DNA of 45,308 nucleotides from an uncultured Bacilli bacterium (GTDB lineage: Bacteria > Bacillota_I > Bacilli_A > RFN20 > CAG-826): NCBI GenBank assembly GCA_944368945.1, contig CALVXH010000003.1, positions 1-45,308 of the forward strand, in the 5' to 3' direction. This document shows, piece by piece, positions 1 through 8,082 of the stretch. Each line of letters begins with the position of its first letter. The first letter of the stretch is position 1. Under the pieces are notes generated by a model. It did no database searches. It worked only from the letters and a program-made list of their open reading frames with translations, and had not been told where the DNA came from. The position numbers and the translations under genes are program-made.

Positions 1-79
1 TTTTGCTTATCGCTACCGCTTTTTCAATTCTCGCCCCCATAGGAGGCGGTTTTATGTTGTCCCTTCGGTTCACATAACT

Positions 80-109
80 AAAAAACGATGCAAATATGCA
101 TCGTTTTTT
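80..109. terminator. Bidirectional intrinsic terminator
   Basis: Perfect inverted repeat AAAAAACGATGCA-aata-TGCATCGTTTTTT, 20 nt past the stop of the minus-strand gene ending at 130. Confidence 0.85.
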
Positions 110-129
110 GTTAATCAAGCTAGAAACTA

Positions 130-939
130 TTATCTTCTTCTATTTGCCGCAATAATCAATACAAATCTTAAAATTTGTATAAAGATTGCTATAAAATCGC
201 TATAAATGGTTAATGCACAATATAATGCGATATTATTTGTTTGAGCACCTGATTCAGCGATTTTTCTAATACGAGCAAAGTCAAATGCAGTCATTAAAAT
301 AAATATAACAAGAACAACCGCTTCAATGATCCAATAAATCATACCATAAGCAAAATAAGTTTCATAATTTCCACCAAATAAAGCAAATGGTAAAATTACT
401 AAATTAACAATTGCTAAAAGCGCTACAGCGATAAATAAAGTACCAATAATTCTTCCTAATGAACTAATTCTATTATGTGATAAATATCCAAATCCACACA
501 TAGAAAGGAAGATTAAGGCTGTCATACCAAGTGATATCCCTAATACCATTGGATCTTGAATTAAAGCAGCGATTGTTGAGAATAAAACTCCATACACTGC
601 TGAATACAATAAGTAAGGCACTAATATTGATTTTCCATTAGTTGCTACTCTTTTCATAATTGTAAAATTAAGAATAAGTAAAACAATAAAACTAGCAAAA
701 AATACAACTAAATATGTAATTAAAAAAGTGTCATAATTGCCATTATTAATCATCGTAACTTGGAAAATCCAACTTAGTAAAATCGTAATTACTGATGTGA
801 GTAATATTCCTAATCCAAAGTATAAAAATATTTTTGAATAAAATGACGATGTAGTAACTTGATCTTTATTTAAAAGCTCGTTTACTTTTTCACTGCTGAA
901 ATTACCATTTTCAGGATTTAAATTAACATTTCCTTCCAT
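130..939 (-). CDS. Bax inhibitor-1/YccA family membrane protein
   Basis: About 7 hydrophobic helices; family-type C-terminus 'AFDFARIRK...ALTIYSDFIAIFIQILR'; GGAGG RBS upstream. Confidence 0.85.
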   Translation of the reverse strand: MEGNVNLNPENGNFSSEKVNELLNKDQVTTSSFYSKIFLYFGLGILLTSVITILLSWIFQVTMINNGNYDTFLITYLVVFFASFIVLLILNFTIMKRVATNGKSILVPYLLYSAVYGVLFSTIAALIQDPMVLGISLGMTALIFLSMCGFGYLSHNRISSLGRIIGTLFIAVALLAIVNLVILPFALFGGNYETYFAYGMIYWIIEAVVLVIFILMTAFDFARIRKIAESGAQTNNIALYCALTIYSDFIAIFIQILRFVLIIAANRRR

Positions 940-1021
940 ATGATACCTCCTAGATATAATGATATTGTATTTATATATTTTTTAAAATATATAAACATCA
1001 ATCTAATTAAAAATTACTAAT

Positions 1022-1061
1022 AAAAAAGCGCATAATCGATAAAATTTCTCAATATGCGCTT
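1022..1061 (-). terminator. Intrinsic terminator after tpiA
   Basis: AAGCGCATA...TATGCGCTT stem followed by a U-tract on the minus strand. Confidence 0.65.
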
Positions 1062-1071
1062 AATTAACAAA

Positions 1072-1830
1072 TTAAAGTAATGATGTTAATAATTCTTTAT
1101 AAGAATTTACATCTAATGAAGCACCACCAACTAAAGCACCATCAATGTCTTTTTGAGTTAAATATTCTTTAACTGTTGCTGGTTTAACGCTTCCGCCATA
1201 AAGAATTCTTACTTTATTAGCAACTTTTCTATCATAAAGTTTTGTAATAACATTTCTAATAAAACCACAAATATCTTCAGCGATTTCTTTAGAAGCGTTT
1301 TTGCCGGTTCCAATTGCCCAGATTGGTTCATAAGCAATTACAACTTTTGCTGCATCATCATAAGAAACATCTTTAAAACCTGTAACAATTTGTTCTTCAA
1401 CAAACTCTTTTGTTTTATTAGCTTCAAATGTTTCAAGTGATTCACCACAGCAATAAACAGGAGTAATTCCATTAGCAAGTAATGCAAGAATTTTCTTATT
1501 GCATTTCTCACTAGTTTCGTTATCATAGGTTCTTCTTTCTGAGTGACCAATAATACACCAATCAATTCCGATATCCTTTAACATTGGAATTGAGATTTCA
1601 CCAGTATAAGCACCTTTTTCTAAATAGTGGCAATTTTCAGCACCAACTATTAAACTCTTTTTTAAGATTTTTTTAACTGGAACTAAGTCAACATAAGGAA
1701 CACAAATTCCCATATCAACTTTATTAGCACGTGCTAATTTGCCAAGTTCTTTAGCTTCTTTACAAAACTCAACAGCTTCGCTAGGAGTTTTGTTCATTTT
1801 CCAGTTACCTAATAATAATTTTCTTCTCAT
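1072..1830 (-). CDS. tpiA: Triosephosphate isomerase (start corrected to ATG at 1830, MRRKLLLGNWK)
   Basis: GNWKMN, IIGHSERR, AYEPIWAIGTG, YGGSV, LVGGASL motifs. Confidence 0.98.
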   Translation of the reverse strand: MRRKLLLGNWKMNKTPSEAVEFCKEAKELGKLARANKVDMGICVPYVDLVPVKKILKKSLIVGAENCHYLEKGAYTGEISIPMLKDIGIDWCIIGHSERRTYDNETSEKCNKKILALLANGITPVYCCGESLETFEANKTKEFVEEQIVTGFKDVSYDDAAKVVIAYEPIWAIGTGKNASKEIAEDICGFIRNVITKLYDRKVANKVRILYGGSVKPATVKEYLTQKDIDGALVGGASLDVNSYKELLTSLL

Positions 1831-1831
1831 A

Positions 1832-3049
1832 TTATCCAATAATATCAATTCCTGGTAAATGTCCATCATTTTCAATCATTTCAAGTGATGCACCACCACC
1901 TGTTGAGACGTGTGAGAATTTATCAGCAAATCCAAATTGTTTAGCAGCAGCAGCACTATCACCACCACCGATTACAGAAAATACTTCTTTATTTTCTGTA
2001 ATTGCTTTACAAACACCAATTGTTCCAGCTTGGAAATTAGGATCTTCGAAAACGCCCATTGGTCCATTCCAGAAAATTAATTTTGCTGAAGCAATAATTT
2101 TTGAAAATTCAGCAACAGTTTTTGGTCCAATATCAAGTCCTTGATAGCCATCAGGAATATCTTCGCTAGCTGCAACAACTTTAATATTTTCTTTATGATA
2201 ATCATCAAATCCATCAGCAATAACATTATCAAATGGTAAAACAATCTTACCACTAGCATAGCATTTTCTTGCGTAATCTAATTGATCATCTTCAACAGGG
2301 CAATGTCCAACATGTGCACCAAGTGCCTTTTTAAATGTATATGACATAGCACCACCGATTAAAATCTTGTCACATTTCTTGAGTAATGAATCAATGACTT
2401 TAATTTTATCTGAAACTTTGAATCCACCTAAAATTGCAATGTATGGATGAATATCACCTTTAACACATGCTCCTAAATTTTTAACTTCTTTTTCCATTAA
2501 ATATCCAAGAGCAACTGGTTTACCTTCAACTTTTAAAACTTCTGGGACACCATATGTTGAAGCATGAGCTCTATGTGCACTACCAAATGCATCCATAACA
2601 AATCCATCAACATAACTTGCCCATTCTTTTGCTAAATCTGGGTTATTTTTACTTTCGCCTTTTTCATATCTTGTATTTTGAACAAGCAAAACTTCTTTTG
2701 CTTTTAAAGAAGCAATTGCTTCTTTTAATTCTGGTCCGCTTGTTACTGGTGAAAATTTAACTGTATAACCTGCTAAATATTTTGCTAATACAGGATAGAC
2801 AAATTCCATATTATTCTTTGCCTTTTCATTAGCGATTTCAGCATCGTCAACTTTTCCCCATTTAATTTTTCCTAAGTGTGACATTAAAACTAAAGCTGCA
2901 CCTTTTTCTAAAAGAGCTTTGATTGTTGGTAAAGCTTGTACAATTCTATTGTCATCTCTTACTTCTTGTCCCTTTAAAGGTACATTAAAATCGACTCTGA
3001 CGAGAATTTTCTTGCCTTCAAGGTTAGTTAAACTATCGATTGTATGCAT
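1832..3049 (-). CDS. pgk: Phosphoglycerate kinase
   Basis: RVDFNVP, SHLG, DAFGSAHRAHAS, WNGPMGVFE, GGGDS, HVSTGGGASLE motifs. Confidence 0.98.
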   Translation of the reverse strand: MHTIDSLTNLEGKKILVRVDFNVPLKGQEVRDDNRIVQALPTIKALLEKGAALVLMSHLGKIKWGKVDDAEIANEKAKNNMEFVYPVLAKYLAGYTVKFSPVTSGPELKEAIASLKAKEVLLVQNTRYEKGESKNNPDLAKEWASYVDGFVMDAFGSAHRAHASTYGVPEVLKVEGKPVALGYLMEKEVKNLGACVKGDIHPYIAILGGFKVSDKIKVIDSLLKKCDKILIGGAMSYTFKKALGAHVGHCPVEDDQLDYARKCYASGKIVLPFDNVIADGFDDYHKENIKVVAASEDIPDGYQGLDIGPKTVAEFSKIIASAKLIFWNGPMGVFEDPNFQAGTIGVCKAITENKEVFSVIGGGDSAAAAKQFGFADKFSHVSTGGGASLEMIENDGHLPGIDIIG

Positions 3050-3070
3050 AATTTTCTCCTATTTATTATA

Positions 3071-3108
3071 AAAAATGCTCTAAAGGGTCTCTACCCATTT
3101 AGAGCATT
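3071..3108 (-). terminator. Intra-operon terminator/stabilising hairpin between gap and pgk
   Basis: AATGCTCTAAA-GGGT...ACCC-A-TTTAGAGCATT stem with U-tract on the minus strand. Confidence 0.7.
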
Positions 3109-3122
3109 AAAAGTTAATCAAA

Positions 3123-4157
3123 TTAAAGTCCAAGAACTTTGCCCATGTGAGCAACAAGTCTGATCATTTGGCAAGTATATGAATATTCATTATCATACCA
3201 AGAGACTACTTTGACTAATTCAGTTCCATCTGGTGAAGTGAAAATCTTTGTTTGTGTTGCATCGAAGATTGAACCATGTGTTTCGCCTAAGATATCGCTT
3301 GAGACGATTTCATCTTCTGTGTAAGCTAAAACATCTTTTAAGTATGTTTCACTTGCTTCTTTCATAGCAGCATTGATTTCTTCAGCTGTGACACCTTTCT
3401 TCTTTAAGACTAAGCTTAAGTCAACTAAAGAACCATCACAAACTGGAACTCTGATAGCACCACCTTGCATTCTTCCTTTTAAGCTTGGGATAACAAGGTT
3501 AATAGCTTTTGCAGCACCTGTTGAAGTAGGAACGATGTTAGCAGCAGCTGCTCTTCCTCTTCTTAAATTGCCTTTTTTAGCAAGGTCAAGTGTTGTTTGG
3601 TCATTTGTATATGCGTGGACTGTTGTCATAAATCCTGCATCAATTCCGAATTTTGCTTCGAGGACTTTACAAACTGGACCTAAGCAGTTAGTTGTACATG
3701 AAGCACCACTAATAATTGTATCAGCCTTTGTTAATGTATCACTATTGACGCCATAAACAAATGTTGGAGTTTCTTTATCACTTGGAGCACTAATAACAAC
3801 ACCTTTAGCACCACCACATGTCATATGAACACTAGCATCTGCTTTGCCTTTAAATCTTCCTGTACATTCAAGAACGATTTCTGCACCATAGTCTTTCCAA
3901 TTTAATTTTGTTGGATCAGGTTGTCCTAAGACTGGGACTTTTCTTCCATCAAAGATTAAACTATTTGTAGCTTCATCATAGCCAATTTTGTCAGCATTCC
4001 ATTTTCCATGAGCTGTATCATATTTTAATAAATAAGCGAGTGTTTTTGCATCAACTAAATCGTTAATAGCAACAACTTCAATTCCTGTTTCTACACAGCG
4101 TCTGAATGCGAGACGTCCGATTCTTCCGAATCCGTTAATAGCAACTTTTAATGCCAT
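3123..4157 (-). CDS. gap: Type I glyceraldehyde-3-phosphate dehydrogenase
   Basis: INGFGRIGR, ASCTTNCL, TTVHAYT, PTSTGAAKA, SWYDNE motifs; strong AAGGAGG RBS. Confidence 0.98.
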   Translation of the reverse strand: MALKVAINGFGRIGRLAFRRCVETGIEVVAINDLVDAKTLAYLLKYDTAHGKWNADKIGYDEATNSLIFDGRKVPVLGQPDPTKLNWKDYGAEIVLECTGRFKGKADASVHMTCGGAKGVVISAPSDKETPTFVYGVNSDTLTKADTIISGASCTTNCLGPVCKVLEAKFGIDAGFMTTVHAYTNDQTTLDLAKKGNLRRGRAAAANIVPTSTGAAKAINLVIPSLKGRMQGGAIRVPVCDGSLVDLSLVLKKKGVTAEEINAAMKEASETYLKDVLAYTEDEIVSSDILGETHGSIFDATQTKIFTSPDGTELVKVVSWYDNEYSYTCQMIRLVAHMGKVLGL

Positions 4158-4610
4158 AAATTTTAAATTCCTCCTTTAGAATTTTACCATTAATAGTATA
4201 TATCAAACTTTCTCAAATTAAAACAAATTACATTATGTTTTTTAACATTTTTAAAGTTTTTCTTCTTAATTAATATTTTTTTAAAATGAAATGTATTAAT
4301 TGCAATTATTACTATAAAAATATTTCATAAATTTTCTTAAGATTAATAGACGTTTTAACAAATAACTTTATAAAATACTGATTAGTGGAAGAATTTTTTT
4401 CATTACCTTGAAAATTTAAAAATCTTTCTAAAAAAATTTAACCATAATTGCAATATAAATATTGCTATAAATTAACATTATATTTTGATTTAATTTTCTT
4501 ATTCTTCTAATTGCATGAATGCAAGTAAATTAATTGCGAATTTATATTCATAGAATATAAATAGCTAAATAATTATTACAAGTTAGCAGATTTTAACTTC
4601 ACTTTTTATA

Positions 4611-4639
4611 TTGAATTTTAATAGATAAGTGTTTAAAAT
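4611..4639 (+). promoter_or_regulatory. Putative sigma-A promoter for the ferredoxin gene
   Basis: TTGAAT-17 nt-TAAAAT about 50 nt upstream of the ATG. Confidence 0.5.
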
Positions 4640-4687
4640 AAGTCTAAAGTTGACAAAGATGTTTACTTTTATGAGGAGGAAAATAAA

Positions 4688-4867
4688 ATGTCTGTAAAAT
4701 TAAAAGTTAATTCAGAAGCTTGCATCGGATGTGGATTATGTGTTGGAAATTATCCTGAAGCATTCGAATTCAACGATGAAGGAAAAGCTACAGTCGTTGC
4801 TGAATTAGATGAAGCAACTGCTGAAGATGCTATCGCTAATTGCCCAGCTGCAGCAATTGAAAAGTAA
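4688..4867 (+). CDS. fdx: Single-cluster [4Fe-4S] ferredoxin, 59 aa (not in the ORF track)
   Basis: Manual translation MSVKLKVNSEACIGCGLCVGNYPEAFEFNDEGKATVVAELDEATAEDAIANCPAAAIEK has CxxCxxC...CP; GAGGAGG RBS; terminator downstream. Confidence 0.95.
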   Translation: MSVKLKVNSEACIGCGLCVGNYPEAFEFNDEGKATVVAELDEATAEDAIANCPAAAIEK

Positions 4868-4886
4868 TTAAAGACAATTTGATTAT

Positions 4887-4920
4887 AAAAAATCCTGACC
4901 GATTTAAGGTCAGGGTTTTT
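4887..4920. terminator. Bidirectional terminator between convergent fdx and ribU
   Basis: AAAAAATCCTGACC-gatttaa-GGTCAGGGTTTTT. Confidence 0.85.
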
Positions 4921-5533
4921 ATTTATAAACTTTTTCTAAAACATATCTTAATGGTTTATAAGCAATAAATGTTACTGCTATAACAATTGCATTTTTAATT
5001 AAATTAAAGGGAAGCAATAAAATAGCTATTCTAGGATCCAAATCACTGGTTAAATTCCAACCAAATATGGCATTAAATGAACTTGCAATATAACCATCTT
5101 CAAGACCATATACAATTTTATAAAGTGGAAAAATTGTATATAAATTGACTATTGTTGAGAAAAATAATGTTGATACTAATCCTACTGCTGTACCAATAAT
5201 TGCGCCTTTAATCGTTCTATTCTTTTTATAAATTAAAGAAGCTGGAATTATTAACGCAGCTGAATATATCATATCGCCTAATTCTCCAGCACAAAGTGAT
5301 GAAGTCATAGGAAGTTTAATCAGCGTTTTTAATAAAATTTCAAAGATTCCGAGTAATGGACCATAGGCGAAACTTGATAATAATATTGGAATATCATCAA
5401 GATGAATGCTCATAAATGGTGGAGCAACAAACGGAAGTTGAAATTGCAAGCCAGGAACGCAATATAATATCGCTGCCAGGCCTCCAAAAACAGCTGTTAG
5501 CGTTATGTAACGTATTACTAATTTTTGTTTCAT
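4919..5533 (-). CDS. ribU: ECF transporter S-component, riboflavin-specific (start corrected to 5533, MKQKLV)
   Basis: About 6 TM helices; 'PPFMSIHLDDIP...YGPLLG...LLKTLIK...GELGD' resembles RibU; FMN riboswitch directly upstream. Confidence 0.85.
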   Translation of the reverse strand: MKQKLVIRYITLTAVFGGLAAILYCVPGLQFQLPFVAPPFMSIHLDDIPILLSSFAYGPLLGIFEILLKTLIKLPMTSSLCAGELGDMIYSAALIIPASLIYKKNRTIKGAIIGTAVGLVSTLFFSTIVNLYTIFPLYKIVYGLEDGYIASSFNAIFGWNLTSDLDPRIAILLLPFNLIKNAIVIAVTFIAYKPLRYVLEKVYK

Positions 5534-5563
5534 AAAAAAATGACCTCCAAACTTCAGGTCATT
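5534..5563 (-). terminator. Riboswitch expression platform: terminator hairpin containing the SD sequence
   Basis: Minus strand AATGACCTGAAGTTTGGAGGTCATTTTTTT immediately followed by ATG. Confidence 0.85.
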
Positions 5564-5575
5564 AAAAGTAAAAAC

Positions 5576-5689
5576 TACTTCTTTCATCCAGACTTTAACT
5601 GTTGCCACAAGAATTTCACTTGTTCTAATTACCATAGTAATTTCGTGGGGTTTACCACCAATAAGGAATTACACCTTTCCCTGAAGCAC
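5576..5689 (-). promoter_or_regulatory. FMN riboswitch (RFN element) aptamer
   Basis: Minus strand GCTTCAGGGAAAGGTGTAATTCCTTATTGGTGGTAAACCCCACGA...AAGTGAAATTCTTG...ACAGTTAAAGTCTGGATGAAAGAAG matches the RFN consensus layout. Confidence 0.95.
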
Positions 5690-5808
5690 TTCTATAATAC
5701 TACTAATTGTTAATATAAACATCATATTTTATATATAAGTGTTAAATAAAAATTCAAATTATTTTTAAAAATGCAGAATTATATTGATTAAATCAAATAA
5801 AAAATGAT

Positions 5809-6627
5809 TTATAAGTCTTTTAATGATTTTTTTATAATTCTATAAGCTTTGGCGATTTTTGTTTTCGATTTTCCTCTTACAATAATTTTATTATCTTCAA
5901 TACTAATTCTTAAACCATTTTTAAATTTTCGACTTGAAGATTTAATTCTTTGCACAAGGGCTTCAGTGTCTCTAACGCTTAGTTTTTTACTATATATTTT
6001 TTCAACAATATCTATAGTTTGTTCATTAGTTAATCTAGATATTGCTTTAGCATGCCCATAACTTAATTTATTTATTGAAACATCTTCGATAACTTTTTCA
6101 GGCAACTTTAATAAGCTTAGATAATTTGACACTTGTGCGCAAGATTCATGAAGAATTCGAGCTATATCAGTTTTTTTATAATTGAATTGCTCATTTAGCT
6201 GCTTGATAATCATTGAAATTTCAATCGGATTGACATTTTTATTTTCTCTAGAGTCTGCTAGTAAAATAAGTAGGCTCTCTTCATCGTTATAACTAGAAAT
6301 TATTACAGGTATGCTTTCTAATTTCATTTTTTTGCAAGCAACCCATCTTTTTCTACCAATCAAAACTTCATACTTTTCACTATTATCAATCTTTTTAACT
6401 ATCAACGGATTGTATAATCCATTTTTTTCAATAGATTGTACAATAGTGTCGATTTGTTTATTATCGTATTTAATTTTTTTCACATAGTGGTTATCACATA
6501 AACTTTTATAAGAAACATGTCTGATGTTTTCAATCTTATAATTACCCTCAATATGAGAGATAACATCAGCTTTAGAAAATTTTTCTATTAATTCTTCTAA
6601 ATTTGTCTTTAAAAGTTTATCTGACAT
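5809..6627 (-). CDS. parB: ParB/Spo0J family protein (divergent motifs)
   Basis: ParB N-domain ([18 protein letters not shown]), HTH, 'LSYGHAKAI', 'LSVRDTE'; downstream of parA. Confidence 0.9.
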   Translation of the reverse strand: MSDKLLKTNLEELIEKFSKADVISHIEGNYKIENIRHVSYKSLCDNHYVKKIKYDNKQIDTIVQSIEKNGLYNPLIVKKIDNSEKYEVLIGRKRWVACKKMKLESIPVIISSYNDEESLLILLADSRENKNVNPIEISMIIKQLNEQFNYKKTDIARILHESCAQVSNYLSLLKLPEKVIEDVSINKLSYGHAKAISRLTNEQTIDIVEKIYSKKLSVRDTEALVQRIKSSSRKFKNGLRISIEDNKIIVRGKSKTKIAKAYRIIKKSLKDL

Positions 6628-7387
6628 TATCGATAACCTCTCTAGCTAATTGATTGTACGCCAAAGATCCAGCACTAGTAGGTTTATATAAATTACAAGG
6701 AACTCCTCTTGCTGTAGCTTCGCTTAAAGCGATATTTCTGGGAATCATTACATTAAAAGTTGATTCCCTAAATAAGCCTCTAACTTGGTCAACTACTTCC
6801 TTTCCAAGCTTTGCTCTATTTTCATACATTGTAAGTAGGAAGCCTTCAATAGTTAAATTCTTATTATAGTTTGCTTGAACTTTAGTTATAGTTGCTAAAA
6901 TTTGAGCAACGCCTTCCATCGCAAAATATTCACATTGTACAGGTATTAATACAGAATCAGCGCAAGATAATGCATTTAAGCATAATGCTCCTAACGATGG
7001 AGGGCAATCAATTAAAACAAAGTCATAACTTTTATTTAATGAATTTAAACTTGTTTTTAAAGAATAAAATGGATCCAAATTTAAACTTTGAATATCGCTT
7101 TCAAAATTTGAAAGTTTTAAATTTGCAGCGATTATATCGACATTTTTAAGCAATGTTTTTTTAATTGCGTCTTCAATTTTTATTTTTTTAAGTAAAACAT
7201 CATAAATAGTCTTGTTAACTAATGTAATATCAATTCCATATCCTCTAGAAGAATTTCCTTGTGGATCAAAATCAATTAAAAGAACCTTCTTATGAAGTTT
7301 TGCTAAACTGGCTGCTAAATTAATTGCAGTTGTAGTTTTACCTACACCACCTTTTTGATTGGCTATAGCTATAATTTTAGTTTTCAT
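6617..7387 (-). CDS. parA: ParA/Soj ATPase
   Basis: [12 protein letters not shown] deviant Walker [24 protein letters not shown]. Confidence 0.96.
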   Translation of the reverse strand: MKTKIIAIANQKGGVGKTTTAINLAASLAKLHKKVLLIDFDPQGNSSRGYGIDITLVNKTIYDVLLKKIKIEDAIKKTLLKNVDIIAANLKLSNFESDIQSLNLDPFYSLKTSLNSLNKSYDFVLIDCPPSLGALCLNALSCADSVLIPVQCEYFAMEGVAQILATITKVQANYNKNLTIEGFLLTMYENRAKLGKEVVDQVRGLFRESTFNVMIPRNIALSEATARGVPCNLYKPTSAGSLAYNQLAREVIDNVR

Positions 7388-8082
7388 AACGGCCTCTTTT
7401 TAATTTCTTTATACAATCTAGGATATTTATTACTTGTTGATTTATTTTTTTGAATAATTAGATTAAATCTATTCTCGGTTGTAAAATCTAATGTATCTTC
7501 ATTTATTGCAATTAAAGTAGAATTTAATTCTTTTAGTGCATTTGTACTATCTAAAATTTCTTCTTTATAATTTAAACCTTTATATGCTACTAGTTTACCA
7601 TTAACTATAAGATAAGGAATAGAAAGTTCAAGCAAAATATTCAACTTAGAAACAGCTCTTGAAACAACAAAATCATATTTTTCTCTTTGATTTTCATTGA
7701 TATAATCCTCAGCTCTTTTACAAACTACTTTAACATTTTTAAGATCTAATTTATCAGCGACATAGGCAAGAAAATTTGCTCTTTTGGATATTGGCTCTAA
7801 TAAGACAAACTTTGATTCTTTATAATAAATTGCTAATGGAATTCCAGGTAAACCAGCTCCGCTTCCTATATCTAAAATTTTACTACGATTTAAATCAATA
7901 TTTTTGATAATTAATAATGAATCTAATATATTCTTGATAATAAATTCGTCATTAGTATCGTTGCGTGTCAAATTAAACTTTTTATTTTCCTCTAAAGTGA
8001 TATTCATATATCGCTCTAATTTATTTAAAGCATCATCGTCAAGAGATAAAAAGTCCAAACTTTTTAAATCATTGATAATCAT
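7384..8082 (-). CDS. rsmG: 16S rRNA m7G527 methyltransferase
   Basis: [25 protein letters not shown] motifs; follows mnmG. Confidence 0.95.
   Translation of the reverse strand: MIINDLKSLDFLSLDDDALNKLERYMNITLEENKKFNLTRNDTNDEFIIKNILDSLLIIKNIDLNRSKILDIGSGAGLPGIPLAIYYKESKFVLLEPISKRANFLAYVADKLDLKNVKVVCKRAEDYINENQREKYDFVVSRAVSKLNILLELSIPYLIVNGKLVAYKGLNYKEEILDSTNALKELNSTLIAINEDTLDFTTENRFNLIIQKNKSTSNKYPRLYKEIKKRPL

Noticed and set aside
970-995. 12-2-12 inverted repeat upstream of the BI-1 family gene
   Set aside because: Composed only of A/T low-complexity sequence, likely chance in this genome.
4158-4687. AT-rich spacer near parAB as possible oriC
   Set aside because: No TTATCCACA-type DnaA boxes seen, and no dnaA or dnaN in the window.
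5534-5713. N-terminal extension of the ribU ORF (to 5635) and the + strand 62-aa ORF 5525-5713
   Set aside because: Both run through the FMN riboswitch; the SD-supported start is 5533.
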